DNA of 64,000 bases from Spironucleus salmonicida (GCF_000497125.1 NC_090604.1:392651-456650); one strand, 5' to 3'; positions 25,208 through 38,241 are shown, numbered from the stretch's first letter. Translations and numbers: made by a program. Notes: generated by a model not told the origin, from the letters alone.

Positions 25208-26062
25208 TCACTTCTTCCCCCTCCTAACAAAATAGTAGGCCAAGCAGCCCCCAACTGCCACAACGACCGCCAAAACACCCACCACGATGCCCACAATCGC
25301 ACCAGTCCCTATTTTGTTGGCCTCAGAACCTTGCTGTTCGGACCAGCATAGACCGCCAATGAGCGTATACCCTAGAGCACAGTCCCCACACGAACCATCT
25401 TCTGTAATAATAGCATTGGTAAGACACGTATCACAGGCATCCTATGCAATGTTGCAGGAAGCGCAATTGGAAGCTAATCCACATTTACAGGCTGAATCAA
25501 GCCCTTCAGCACAGGGTGTAGCCACTCCCTCCTTGCAGTAGTTACCATGTGTAATATCATCACATTTAGTAGTACACGTGCCGTGAATTGTCGTAATATG
25601 CATTCTCCAATTGCACAGGTTGCAAAACGTCGCCGATGAGCAAACTGAGCAGTCATCAGCACATTTCACGCACCTCTTTGTGGACATATCGCAAAATGTC
25701 GAACGTTGATCCTTGCATTCTTCCTTATTATTACAGACTGTGACGCATTTGCCATCTTCCATTGTGAACTCAACGTCGCATTTCTAGCACGAATTGGAAT
25801 CGGCACATTCGTTACAGCCCTTTGAGCAGTCAGTACAAACATCTCCATTGAGATAGGAGCCAGGGAGGCAAGTGGTGCAACTTCCTCCTGAACACGTTTT
25901 GCAGTTTGTTATCACTGTATTATATTAACAGTAACAGCCTTGACCGAATTCCATGTCTTCTGTGCACGGTTTACAGGGAACACTTATATTATCAGTAGCT
26001 GGGCAAAAATGATCTGCCTTACAGTTAGTGTTACGATTAGAGCATGTTCCAGTATCTGTCAT
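25208..26062 (-). CDS. CRMP1, array B gene 1 (284 aa, RRGKK)
   Basis: MTDTGTCSNRNTNCKADHFC...; 855-nt code-6 ORF. Confidence 0.93.
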
Positions 26063-27836
26063 TTTAAAAATAGAATATGTTATTTCATCTGATAATATAT
26101 AAGCAACCCGTGTTTTCGTTTTTAACCTTCATGAGACATGCAAATATATTACTTTACGGTATAATTTAAAACAAAAGTCAAATGTTTTTAGTTTGTGATT
26201 GGTATATAATGTCAAATATATTGCACAAATATAAAAGAAACTTAACAAGCCAAAGATATTGAGTTATATTTAATTTTACTCGACACATATACCACAGCGC
26301 TCTACTAATACCAAGTATCAATCAAGCATATGCAGTTTCCGCCAAGCTTATAATAATCGCAGTCCCAACAAAACATATTACTAACATATAATAATATATT
26401 ACGTAAACTTCGATTCCAATGCTAAATAGTCAAAATTAGACAAGCGCCCGTAGACTGCACATAAAGTTACCAGCTATAATTGTGCTAGTTTCGCGTAAGT
26501 TCAATTTTTGCCTCATGTGCAGCATCTAATGCGCGATGGACGGGAAAAATTAGGCCAATGTTCAGATGACAGAATAGGTTTTATAATTTGAGCATATGCT
26601 TACTAAGATATAACAATTATATTATAAAAATATTCGTAATAAATTACTATTTATAATATAATATAATAATTCTAATAATAGTTTTTTAGATTCCTTCTTG
26701 CTCTCAAACTTTTCGAGTGGATTTCGCGGATGCAGAACTAGAATTTATGATCTTTGATATATAAAACGTTATTAATATGTATTGACCGTGATAACGACCG
26801 TTCTAGACCGCAAAAACCACCAAATCATCTATTTTGTATTTTGCACCGACCTGGCGTTTTAACCACTACTATGCGATGCATCAAATATAATAATTAATAT
26901 ACTAGCATAACCGCAAAATTGATGCGCAGATTAGTAGTAGAAAATTTGTTAAACCGATCAAGTTTATAATTATAATTTTATACTATTATTATATACTTAT
27001 AAACGCTCTATCATTCCTTATTCCTTAAACTTCAGTTTCCGCTTTTCTGCCGCGCTCGCGTCCGGCCCCGCGAAGCCAATTTTGCGCCGCGTTCGTTCTG
27101 GAAACTGCAAACACCAGAAATGCCTCCATTTAAACTGATATAACAACGCGATAACGAGCCTTAAATCGAACATTTCAGCCCCAACCTTCTCACACAAGTG
27201 ATATAAGTGGTCCAGCGCACTGATCCAACTATAGTTTTCTACTGGAATTCGCGAATGCTGACAAGATATCCGCGCCCCTCGTACACTGCGGCAGTGATTG
27301 ACAACTCACTCATAGGAATGTAACCCTGTACTCATTGATGTCCATAAAGCTCAAACCGTCGTTTTGCGGGATTCCCGTTTAGTTCGTTGCGGCCTTCTCT
27401 ACGTCCTAATCGTTCGTGGTTTGTTTCATTTTAGTAAATTTGGAATAATGTAATATTATATAGTAGAATTAGTTTAATTATGCGAATTCTCAACACTATA
27501 CAAAATATTTTGCATATTAAATATAATTATTATACGCAAATATTAATAATTTTAAATACCTCGATTGGCAAAAATATCCGAAAACCAGCACCATCAGCCC
27601 TTGCGCTAATCCTCACATACGTCCCAACCCCCGCACTTTTCAAATATAAACACTAAACGTTACCCCCTACCCAAAAAAAATATTTTACCTATATATTTAT
27701 ATAATATCAATATAATCCTATTTTTACCTAACAATAGAAACATTTTACTTGAATTTTTCCCTACCACCCATATCCTTATATAATATCCATATAATCCCAA
27801 ATTTCCACCATTCTCCCCCACTCCAATTCCCTTAAA

Positions 27837-28727
27837 ATGTCAAGCCTGGACCGCTACCGCAAGGCCACAAAGCTCGGAGAGGGCACCTACGGCGAAGTCT
27901 ACAAAGCGATCGACACGCAGACGTCCGAAATCGTCGCAATCAAGAGAATCCGCCTGGAGCACGAGGAGGAGGGCGTCCCTGGAACCGCGATCAGGGAGAT
28001 TTCGCTCCTAAAAGAGCTCTCGCACCCCAACATCGTATAACTAAAGCAGGTCCTGCACCACCAGCACCGCCTGCACCTCATTTTCGAGTACTGCGAAACA
28101 GATTTGAAAAAGCTCTTAGATACGAAAAAACTCTCAAATCCGCTAATCAAATCGCTCCTTCAGGAGATCATTTCCTCAACGAATTACTGCCACGCGCGCC
28201 GCATTCTGCACCGCGACCTGAAGCCGCAGAATATTCTCATTCACGCGGATCACGCGAAATTGGCGGATTTCGGCCTCGCGCGAACCTTCGGAATTCCCGT
28301 TCGGCAGTTCACGCACGAAATCGTCACTTTGTGGTACCGGCCGCCCGAAATTCTGCTCAATACGCGCCACTACTCGACGGCTGTCGACGTCTGGAGCATC
28401 GGCTGCATTTGGTGCGAAATGCTCTGCAATTCGACGCCGCTCTTCCCGGGCGACTCGGAAATCGACCAACTTTTCAAGATTTTCGAGGTTCTGGGCACTC
28501 CCGGCGTCCCCGGAAAGTGGGAATCGGCGCGCGATTTGCCGGATTTTAAGGGCAACTTTCCGAACTTCAAAGGCGTCGGTTTGAGGCGAATTCTGGGCGC
28601 TGAGAGGCTTAGCGAGAACGGATGGGATTTGCTGGAAAAAATGCTCGAAATGGACCCTGTGGCGAGGATTAGCTGTAAGGATGCGATGGGGCATTGCTAT
28701 TGGGGGGAGGATTAGGGGGGTGATTGA
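27837..28727 (+). CDS. Cyclin-dependent kinase, CDK1/2 type (PGTAIRE), 296 aa
   Basis: [42 protein letters not shown] and [13 protein letters not shown]; the two ORF-track pieces join through TAA=Gln. Confidence 0.97.
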
Positions 28728-28729
28728 TT

Positions 28730-29346
28730 TGGATGTTTGGGGGTTTTGGTATTTAGGTATTTAGGTATTTAGGTATTTAGATGTTTGGGGTATAATAATA
28801 TGAATATGGGTTGTGGGGTGATATTTATGTATAATAATGTATAATAATGGGGATATAAATATTAAGAATTATTGTATAATAATGGGGATAATGTATAATA
28901 ATGGGAATATAAATGTTTTTAAAATAATTTGGGGGTGTATAGTAATATTGATATTTATGTATAATAATGGGGGTAATGTCGGTTTTTAAAATAATTTGGG
29001 GAGTGGTGGGTAATTATAATAGTAGTATTCATGTATAATAATGGGGATAAAATTAGTATAAATATTAAGAATTATTGTATAATAATGTATAATAATATTA
29101 ATATAAATATATTTTAAAATAATTTGTGGGTGTATAGTAATATAAATATTAAGATTAATATAAATATTAATTATATTAATGAATAATAATGGTGATAATA
29201 TTAGTATTGATGTATAATAAAATATTAGTATAAATATTAATGTAAATAAAATATCATCAATATTAGTAATACGTAAAATTAAATTAAAATTGGGGAAAAA
29301 TTAAAAGTAATAATTATAATATAATAATTATAAGAAAAATGATAAA

Positions 29347-29391
<45 letters not shown>

Positions 29392-29400
29392 TAATCAGAA
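28730..29400. repeat. AT-rich low-complexity tract: (TATTTAGG)~4, repeated GTATAATAATG motifs and a (TAA)~14 microsatellite at about 29348-29390
   Basis: Directly visible simple repeats. Confidence 0.8.
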
Positions 29401-29705
29401 AAAATAAAATATTAATAATAAAATAAATTAATAAACTTATAAAAAATAATAAGAAGAAAAAAATAAATCTTGTAAGTTTAATAATAATTTTTCAAAAAAT
29501 TATTTTACTAAATTTCACAATTGGCATAAAGTGTATAATAGTTAAATAGTTGCAGATTTTCTTGCAGAAAAAGTAGATTATTTAAGTTTACTGATAACGA
29601 TATTTACTGATAGCAAGTACAAATATCGAGACCGTCATCAGTGATTAACAAATCATTAATATTAACTTATATTATACAAATAATATGTTTTTTAGCTGTT
29701 TAAGA

Positions 29706-30119
29706 ATGAACGTACCATAACTATTAAAATTAGCACGCTCTCACAAGAAACCAGCTGGAACCATTAACTGGGAGTTGATTTTAGAGTATTTCCCTAAGTA
29801 CTCAAAGCAAGAACTACAAAATACATTGTATAATTTTATGCGATCAAATAAATGGTAGACTTAGGATCTGAGAAAAAACTATAAATGGTCAGCAGAAGAG
29901 AAAAATAGTTTACTTAAGATGGTTTAATAGTTTGGTAAAGACTGGAAGAAAATTAATGCATTTTTTGCTGAAAGAAGCGTAGCTTAGATCAAGAACTAGT
30001 ACTTTTAACTGCTTAGTAAAGGCGAGATTATGCAATAAGAAATGATCTTTAATGGGAGCTAAGATAGCTTGGGAGCTGAAGAGTCTAGCTTCCATTTAGA
30101 TTAGTTTAGCTTAATATGA
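29706..30119 (+). CDS. Myb-like protein, one degenerate plus one canonical repeat (137 aa)
   Basis: KWSAEEKNSLLKMVQQFGKDWKKINAFFAERSVAQIKNQY; alternative in-frame ATG at 29685. Confidence 0.88.
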
Positions 30120-30157
30120 ATATATATTAACTGATAGATTACATATTATATTATAAA

Positions 30158-30634
30158 TCACTATCCTTATAGTTGAATAGGTTGTTTTAAGTCTCCTACT
30201 TAACTCAAAGTATCCAAATCATCTTCACAATCAAAACTGATATCATAGACATTACTACACCCTCGTGCTAGAGGTGAAGTTTGATTTACCTACTATGTGT
30301 TATTATACAGAGCTTTTCTTAATGGGCTAGTAGTATTATATGTTTTCCTGGTAGCCTTTACCTAGTCAATATGTTTTGGAGTTTATGCCCTCTTGAATAT
30401 TTCCGATTTTTCATTCTTAATTGTACTTTAATTGATTTACTAAAGCGGTTTCTATTATTTTGGAACATATGGTAGACCAGCAGCTAATCGTTCATATTTT
30501 CGTATTCGCTTATCTTCTTTCTTTCGTTACTTCTCTTAATCTTATGCTACTATTTTATCCCAATTATTTTTTATAGGTGCTTGGGTAAGTTCTTATGTTA
30601 GTTTTTCAAAATCTTGGGAACCGCCCATCCCCAT
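30158..30634 (-). CDS. Hypothetical protein with MGMGGS N-terminus (158 aa)
   Basis: Open in code 6; ends TAG-TGA. Confidence 0.65.
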
Positions 30635-31590
30635 TTAAAATACAATAATATTTTAATACTATATTATAATATATAAATGCATTTTCATATATTTATATTA
30701 ATATTTAAATATTATATATGAAATTATTTATATTTAGAATTGCTAGTTTATTATTTCTTAATTAAAATTAGTATAAATATAACATATTTAAAAAAAATAT
30801 TTTTAGCAAATTAGTATATAATATGCAAAAATATACTGAACCTGGTTTCGTTTCCTTATCATAATTATATGCACAACGTCATCTTTATTTAGAAACCTAA
30901 TAAAAGAGTAAATTAATATTATATTAACTGCTAAGACGTTGCAATATTTTGATTCTAATGTATAATATCTGTAATTTAAAATATATTGATTTTATTCAAG
31001 ACTAATAATAACAAATATTTATTATATTATTTTATATAGTTATAATAATTTAATCTAATCATGAATTTATTCGACAAATAATAGTGTTAGTAAATCTTTA
31101 CAATACTATATTATATATTAATTATGCTTAATAGTAAGTAGTATGTGCATCACTAATTTTTGAAGTATAATTTAAACTATAACGTAAGCATATATATTTA
31201 TTAGGTCTATAAAACCTAGACATTCGTTATCTTATTTGGCTAATTCCGCAATTTCTTAAGTTTATGTACTAAGTGAAAAATTTAATAATAACTGATCAAA
31301 GGAAAACTTCCCTATATTCTTAAGTTTACTCATCAATGAGATTGCTGTCAGTAGTCTTATTAAGTTTTAGAATTTCGACCTCATCTATTTTTTCTGAAGC
31401 ACTTATCATTTGAAATAACTGATACCTGTCTTTAAAAATGAATATAACTAAGTATGAATTTAAATATTTCTAACTGTATTATGGTCTTCATAATAACATA
31501 TATATTATCTTTTCCTAAAGTATACAAAATTCAATACTATATATTTAACAAAATAATAATAAAACGTTATTCAATCATAATAGATAAATA

Positions 31591-31663
31591 TGCTTCTTCC
31601 CAGACTCGAACTGGGGTCACAAGATTCAGAGTCTTAGATGCTAACCGACTACACCAAAGAAGC
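31591..31663 (-). tRNA. tRNA-Gln(CUG), second copy
   Basis: Reverse complement is identical to 14209-14281. Confidence 0.95.
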
Positions 31664-31762
31664 ATGTTCTAAATAATTATTATATACTAAATATATACAA
31701 TAAAGCAAAGTAGTTAAACAATAATCTGAGAAAATATTAAGCATTAAACTCTAACCAGCATA

Positions 31763-32701
31763 TCACTCCTTTCTCTTAGCAGAGCTTGTTCTCTTCGCAG
31801 CCTCAGCTACGTTATATGAACCAACATCAGGGCCTGACTGCCTCACATCTTGGAATCTTTCAGATTTTTAAACTGCGAATCCGACATTCTTGCTCTTAGA
31901 CGTCCCTGAATAGCTAACATCGTACTATCCAGGGGCAGGGGTCGAGAATTTGTCATCCTAGAAACGTTCGGCCTGCGATTTTCCAAAGTTGAACGCGGCC
32001 GTATCCCTACGGTTCGTCTACTTATGGGAAACATCATATTGGCCAGGGGCAGGATTGTTTAATTTATCCTTTTCAATTGTAAAGCGTTCCTCTGTTTACT
32101 TATCTAAAACAGGGGCCGCGGTTCCTCTTCTGTCAACGATTTTGCGTGAAACATCATAGTGGTCTGGAGCAGGTGCCTCTACCTTGTCTTTGTCCATGGC
32201 AAAACGCTCTTCGGTTTACTTGTCGAGCATTGGGGCAGCAGTGTCTCTTCTATCGACAGTTTTGCGTGAAATATCATACTGATCGGGGGCAGGGGCTTCG
32301 ACTTTGTCTTTGTTCATAACGAAACGCTCCTCAGACTGCTTATCCAAAACTGGAGCCGCAGTATGGCGTCTCTGAGTCGCGTCAAAGTTGGGGTCATAGA
32401 TTCCTGGTGCAGGATTGGCTACCTGGTCTCTATCCATGGCGAAGCGTTCCTCAGTCTGCTTATCTAAAATAGGAGCTGCGGTATCTCTTCTATCGACCAT
32501 TTTGCGTGAAACGTCATATTGGTCAGGGGCTGGCGCTTCTACCTTGTCCTTGTCCATTTTGAAACGTTCTTCGGATTATTTATCAAGAACAGGAGCAGCA
32601 GTGTGTCTTCTGTTAGTAGCATCTCTATTAGGATCATACTGACCAGGTGCGGGGTTGTCATTATAGGTAAATTGTGGTGCGATATCAAGCTCTTTTGACA
32701 T
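31763..32701 (-). CDS. SHIPPO / sperm-tail PG-rich repeat axonemal protein (312 aa)
   Basis: About eight PAPGQYD/PAPDQYD repeats, each with ...ERF, at roughly 40-aa spacing. Confidence 0.88.
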
Positions 32702-33227
32702 TTTGATAAATTTTGAACCTGCCAATAACTATTATTACTATATAATATTTAAGTATGCAACTCCAAGTAAAATAAATTTATACTAACTAAATTTTATATA
32801 GTTATACTAAAAATTTCATATTTAAATCAAAATAAATATAAACTAATTATTATATTAAATAAATATATACTAAATTTGAAGTAGTTATTACATTTTCACT
32901 TCTTTAATATCAATGATTACTTAGGCATTTGGCTGATGTGCGTTCTGCGATTGTTGATTCCATTTAAGTATGAGATGTGTTTTCTAATTATAATATTGTG
33001 TTATTTGTATCAAATCTATCCAATTAAACTAAATTTGCTTATTCAAGCTAAAATTTATCATTTAACCTTATAAATCGCTCCCCCATTCTTAATAACCTCC
33101 TCCCCCTCTTAATAAATTAACTAACTAATTACCTCCTCCCCCTATACAAATTTTCACTTTCCCATTTTAATATTTTCCTATTATTATACATTAATATTAC
33201 ATATATTTAAATTTTCTTTCCTAAAAA

Positions 33228-33449
33228 ATGAAACTAAAATTAGATGTCGATTTTTGGATGCTAGAATCGTCCGCCCCGAACACGCCGCACCCAGAAACGC
33301 CAAAAAACGTCCAATTTCGCTTTAGCCGCATGCAGGAGCTGCAGCAGTTGCACCAAAAAGTCATTGAAATGGAGGCCCAATTTTCGCTTGCGCTGCAGCG
33401 GATCGAGGCGGTGGGCCAGGAGGTCCTGGAGCTGTTTTTCGTCCTCTGA
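33228..33449 (+). CDS. Small hypothetical helical protein (73 aa)
   Basis: AAAA-ATG start, coding-like GC content, TGA stop. Confidence 0.55.
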   Translation: MKLKLDVDFWMLESSAPNTPHPETPKNVQFRFSRMQELQQLHQKVIEMEAQFSLALQRIEAVGQEVLELFFVL

Positions 33450-35424
33450 GGCGATTTACCAATTTGCTCAAAAGCGACGTTTCGCCTGAGTGGAAAATTT
33501 ACACCGAAATTCGATTTTTCGCTCCTTTCTCACAATAAAAAAAGTTAATTCTACGGTTTCTGCTGAAAATTTCGATTTTGCAAATTTTGAATTTAGAAAA
33601 AATCGTTATATCAGATATAACGATATTTTTATACCGTGAGTAAAATTATTTTTGAATTTTCACATTCGTTATATCAGTTGAAAATCAAATTCGCACACAT
33701 GGAAAGCTGAAATAATAGCGCGAGAAATTCGTTTTCTGCAAGTTTCCGCTGTAAAAATTTGCGCTGCAAACGGGCAGTACAGCGCAGAATTTTTTAAACT
33801 GAAAATAATCTATATTACTATATAATAATACAATATATTATTTAATTTTCCACTCCACTTTAACAGTTTCTAGCGCTCAGCCTGATCAATCACTTCCTGG
33901 GCCGCTCTAACACGCCGGGCCGCCAATGCTTCATTTATGACTAAATTGCAGCGATTTCATTTTTGGCTTTCCGCTTTAATGCCCTCTCCGGGCAGCTGCC
34001 GCCTCATTATTTCGTCTGGCAAATTCTCAGTTAATTTAGTGCAGTTTTTGACTTTTTTGCAGGCTAATTTGTGGTTCTGCGATTCGGAAATTTGCCAAAT
34101 TTACATTTTGTATTTTGCATTTTTCGCTGTACCGGATTGGAGTGTGAGTATTAAGCGTATATATGATGTTGTAGTATTAAAGTTTGGGGGGATGGAGTGT
34201 GAGTATTAAAAGGGTAGAAGGGATGTTGTTAGTATATAAAAATATGTATTTTTTGATAAATTTCTTGTGGTTTACGGTTTCTCAGGCGCAAATGTTAATT
34301 TTTAGTTATGGTTTGATGGGAATGGGTGTCTCTATTGAAGGAGCTATGCTAATATTGGTATAATAAAGGGGATAGCGCTAGCTGAGCTAATGATTAAAAG
34401 TGAGAAAAAAATTTGCTGATATAATGGGCGTATTATGGTTGGTGGAGTAAGATTAATATTGAGACTTTTACCAATTCTACAGGAAAAGATGGAACAATAC
34501 ACATAATATGTGAAGTTAATATGTGTATAAGAATACTGTAATGCGTATTGTAGAGTATGTGTCTAATATTTTTGGTTCTAAAGCAATATTTATATGTTGG
34601 GAGTTCTGCGTAAATAGCTGAATTTATTCATAAACTTCGTTTAGCATAGTGCGAAAATTTAATATTGCCTAGATATCTAAAAAGATGATGAAAACTACGT
34701 TTTTGTGTATTACGAGTAAGAAGTTTATATATATATTTTAAAGTTTGTTAAATATTCTACATTTTATATTTTTCCAAGTTTTAATAATCTATTATACGCG
34801 AATTATCTCTAAATTTTTCGTAAATTATCAAAAATAACAGATTGTTGATGATTCTTATATATCAATCAATTTGCTAGAATAATTTTTTATTCGATTCACA
34901 GAATTTTCACTAATTTTGTAAAATAAAGCATTTGCGGTGTTCAATATTGTTTATTAATTATATATATAGTTGTATAAGTGGGCAGAGAATGTACTCCTAA
35001 GTAGAAATATAAGAAATTAGGCTGAAGTATGAAGGTTATATAATAATATTTTTAAGTACTTCAGATAATTAAATTATAATATATTTGGTTGTTAAACTGT
35101 GATTATAATAGACAATACTAGTTATTGGATTATCGGAGAGTTGTATTAAAGAGAAACCCAACTTATCAGTATAACTATATGATTCCAGTCCTGTAACAGT
35201 TTGAAAATAATATAAAAGTGAAGTTTATATAAAAACGTTATTATGGTTTAATCAGTCCAGTGGTAATACAGTTAATGCTATAATCTTTATTATTAATAAT
35301 TTTAAATGATATTAACTTAAATCGCATTCAAAATATATTTGGAATAGTTGCATGAATTCCTAAAAAATGATAGTCTCATATTTTGGGTATTAGAAAAATT
35401 ATTTCAGACTGAGACATCTGGAAG

Positions 35425-36540
35425 TCGGGGGAGCACCCAGCCCAACTAGCTGCGGGACAGCGGACCTCTCGGGCGGACTAGGTCGGGGAGCACCCAGCCC
35501 AACTAGCTGCGGGACAGCGGACTCGGCCGGGGAGCACCCAGCCCAACTAGCTGCGGGACAGCGGACTCGGCCGGGGAGCACCCAGCCCAACTAGCTGCGG
35601 GACAGCGGACCGGCGGGAGCACCAGCCAACTAGCTGCGGGACAGCGGACTCGGCCGGGGAGCACCCAGCCCAACTAGCTGCGGGACAGCGGACTCGGCCG
35701 GGGAGCACCCAGCCCAACTAGCTGCGGGACAGCGGACTCGGCCGGGGAGCACCCAGCCCAACTAGCTGCGGGACAGCGGACTCGGCCGGGGAGCACCCAG
35801 CCCAACTAGCTGCGGGACAGCGGACTCGGCCGGGGAGCACCCAGCCCAACTAGCTGCGGGACAGCGGACTCGGCCGGGGAGCACCCAGCCCAACTAGCTG
35901 CGGGACAGCGGACTCGGCCGGGGAGCACCCAGCCCAACTAGCTGCGGGACAGCGGACTCGGCCGGGGAGCACCCAGCCCAACTAGCTGCGGGACAGCGGA
36001 CTCGGCCGGGGAGCACCCAGCCCAACTAGCTGCGGGACAGCGGACTCGGCCGGGGAGCACCCAGCCCAACTAGCTGCGGGACAGCGGACTCGGCCGGGGA
36101 GCACCCAGCCCAACTAGCTGCGGGACAGCGGACTCGGCCGGGGAGCACCCAGCCCAACTAGCTGCGGGACAGCGGACTCGGCCGGGGAGCACCCAGCCCA
36201 ACTAGCTGCGGGACAGCGGACTCGGTCGGGGAGCACCCAGCCCAACTAGCTGCGGGACAGCGGACCTCTCGGGCGGACTAGGCCGGGGGAGCACCCAGCC
36301 CAACTAGCTGCGGGACAGCGGACTCGGCCGGGGAGCACCCAGCCCAACTAGCTGCGGGACAGCGGACTCGGTCGGGGAGCACCCAGCCCAACTAGCTGCG
36401 GGACAGCGGACCTCTCGGGCGGACTAGGCCGGGGAGCACCCCAGCCCAACTAGCTGCGGGACAGCGGACTCGGCCGGGGAGCACCCAGCCCAACTAGCTG
36501 CGGGACAGCGGACTCGGCCGGGGAGCACCCAGCCCAACTC
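35425..36540. repeat. GC-rich 44-bp minisatellite (about 24-25 units)
   Basis: Unit GGGGAGCACCCAGCCCAACTAGCTGCGGGACAGCGGACTCGGCC; three variant units carry CCTCTCGGGCGGACTAGG. Confidence 0.97.
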
Positions 36541-36544
36541 GCTA

Positions 36545-37149
36545 CCACTAGAAGCATGCTGCTCGGACCAGCTCTGCGCAAAAAAATATGCCGCTGGAAC
36601 GCAATGGGCACAATAGTCGATGCTAAGAAAGACAGTGCGGCGGTGTTACGCTCCGGGATAAAGGGAACTACAATGTTTAGGTGCCGCAATTTGGACAGTG
36701 TCAACTCGCGTTTTAGCGGCTTTGGGAGGTGCAAACGCCAAAGGACATTTACGCTGGTGGGCCGACTTTGTCTAAATCTGATAGTAAGTGTATAATAATG
36801 TGGGTTACTAATTTGGAGTGCAGCTGTATAATTAGAAGGTAATATTATATTAAATATATTTTGGAGTGGAAGTATTGGAAAATGGGCAAGAGCGGTGCAC
36901 GCTTGATTGTGGGCTGCTGCGCGTTGTCTTGGCGTTCAGTTAGATAAAATTCAATATCTTTGTCTTGTTAAGTTTCTTTTATATTTGTGTAATATATTTG
37001 ATAGTATATAACAATCACAAACTAAAAATATTTAATTTTTGTTTTAAATTATAACATAAAGTGATATATATGCATGTATCAGAAGCTTAAAAACCAAAAA
37101 GTTAGTTGCTTATATATTATCAGATGAAATAACATATTCTATTTTTAAA
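36545..37149 (+). repeat. CRMP-array 5' leader block
   Basis: Reverse complement of about 61834-62445; the proximal ~200 bp also match 26063-26270. Confidence 0.88.
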
Positions 37150-38241
37150 ATGGCAGATGCTGGAACATGTTCTAACCGTTACACTAACTGTAAGGCAAAT
37201 CACTTTTGCCCAGCCATCAATCATAATACAGTTGCCTGTAAACCGTGCACAGAAGACATGGAATTCGGTCAAGGCTGCTACTGTAAGGATAATTCAGTTA
37301 CCACAAACTGCAAGACGTGCTCTGGAAAAAATTGCGCCACCTGCCTCCTTGGCACTTTTCTCAATGGAAACATATGCAGGTAATGCTCAAAGGGTTGTGG
37401 CGAATGTACCTACTTTGGTTCATGTGATAAATGCGCCGATGGGTTCACAATGGAAGATAACAAATGCGTCAAAGTCTGCAATAGCAATAAAGACTGCAAG
37501 TATGAAATTTCAACCTTTTGCGACATAACCTAAAAGAGGTGCGTGAGATGTACTGATGACTGCTAAATTTGCTCGTCCGCGATATTTTGCAACGCGTGCG
37601 ATGGGAGAACTTATGTTACCACACTTAAGGGAACTTGCACAGCTATGTGTAGTGGTCTAACAAATGGGAACTACTGCAAGGATGGAGTGGCCACACCCTG
37701 CGGTGAAGGGATTGACTCTAAATGTAAATGTGGAACTGCCTCCAATTGCGCTTCGTGTAACACTGCATAGGATGCCTGTGAGACGTGTTTGCCTAATGTT
37801 CTTAAGGGAAAAGATGGTGCATGTAATATCTGTGCTCCTGGGTTTACGCACATTGGTGGTATATGCTAGTCCGATACTCCTGTTCCTGCACCGCCTAATC
37901 CAGATCCACCTGGTCCAGACCCGGTAACTCCCGAACCGGATGTTCCCACACCACCTGCTCCCGAACCGGTAGTTCCCACACCACCTGCTCCCGAACCGGT
38001 AGTTCCCACACCACCTGCTCCCGAACCGGTAGTTCCCACACCACCTGCTCCCGAACCGGATGTTCCCACACCACCTGCTCCCGAACCGGTAGTTCCCACG
38101 CCGTCTGGGCCAGACCAGGAAGTTAATAGGCAGAATTTGAGCGGCGGGGCAGTGGCGGGCATCGTGATTGGGGTCTTACTGGTCGTTGGGGCAGTTGGGG
38201 GTGGTCTGACCTATTACTTTGTTAGGAGAGCGAAGAAGTGA
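37150..38241 (+). CDS. CRMP1, array C gene 1, expanded Pro-rich stalk (363 aa, RRAKK)
   Basis: Code-6 ORF with CxxC repeats, [10 protein letters not shown] repeats, TM and tail. Confidence 0.93.
37928..38101 (+). repeat. In-frame 30-bp tandem repeat (about 6 x PEP[VD]VPTPPA)
   Basis: CTCCCGAACCGG(TA/AT)GTTCCCACACCACCTG units. Confidence 0.95.

Noticed and set aside
26440-26550. snRNA candidate (AATTTTTG Sm-like site between weak hairpins)
   Set aside because: No U1/U2/U4/U5 hallmark motifs; the Sm-like word is expected by chance in AT-rich DNA
27030-27429. Minus-strand gene or selenoprotein upstream of CDK
   Set aside because: The ATG-led frame stops at TGA after about 39 codons, other frames are also interrupted, and there is no recognisable domain or SECIS; possibly a pseudogene
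10343-28727. CKS1 and CDK as a functional gene cluster
   Set aside because: 17 kb apart with unrelated genes between them; likely coincidental
28748-28782. (TATTTAGG)n as interstitial telomere
   Set aside because: Only about 4 units inside a low-complexity tract; cannot be matched to a known telomere unit from the sequence
29348-29390. (TAA)n as a poly-Gln coding tract
   Set aside because: No credible surrounding ORF or start context
31800-32660. ~120-bp periodic repeat as a non-coding array
   Set aside because: It is the in-frame SHIPPO protein repeat on the minus strand
33460-35400. Genes between 33449 and the minisatellite, including a CCACTCC at about 33850
   Set aside because: Only short code-6 ORFs without recognisable features; cannot be supported
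35425-36540. CRISPR-like array
   Set aside because: Contiguous identical units with no unique spacers, no cas genes and a eukaryotic context; it is a minisatellite
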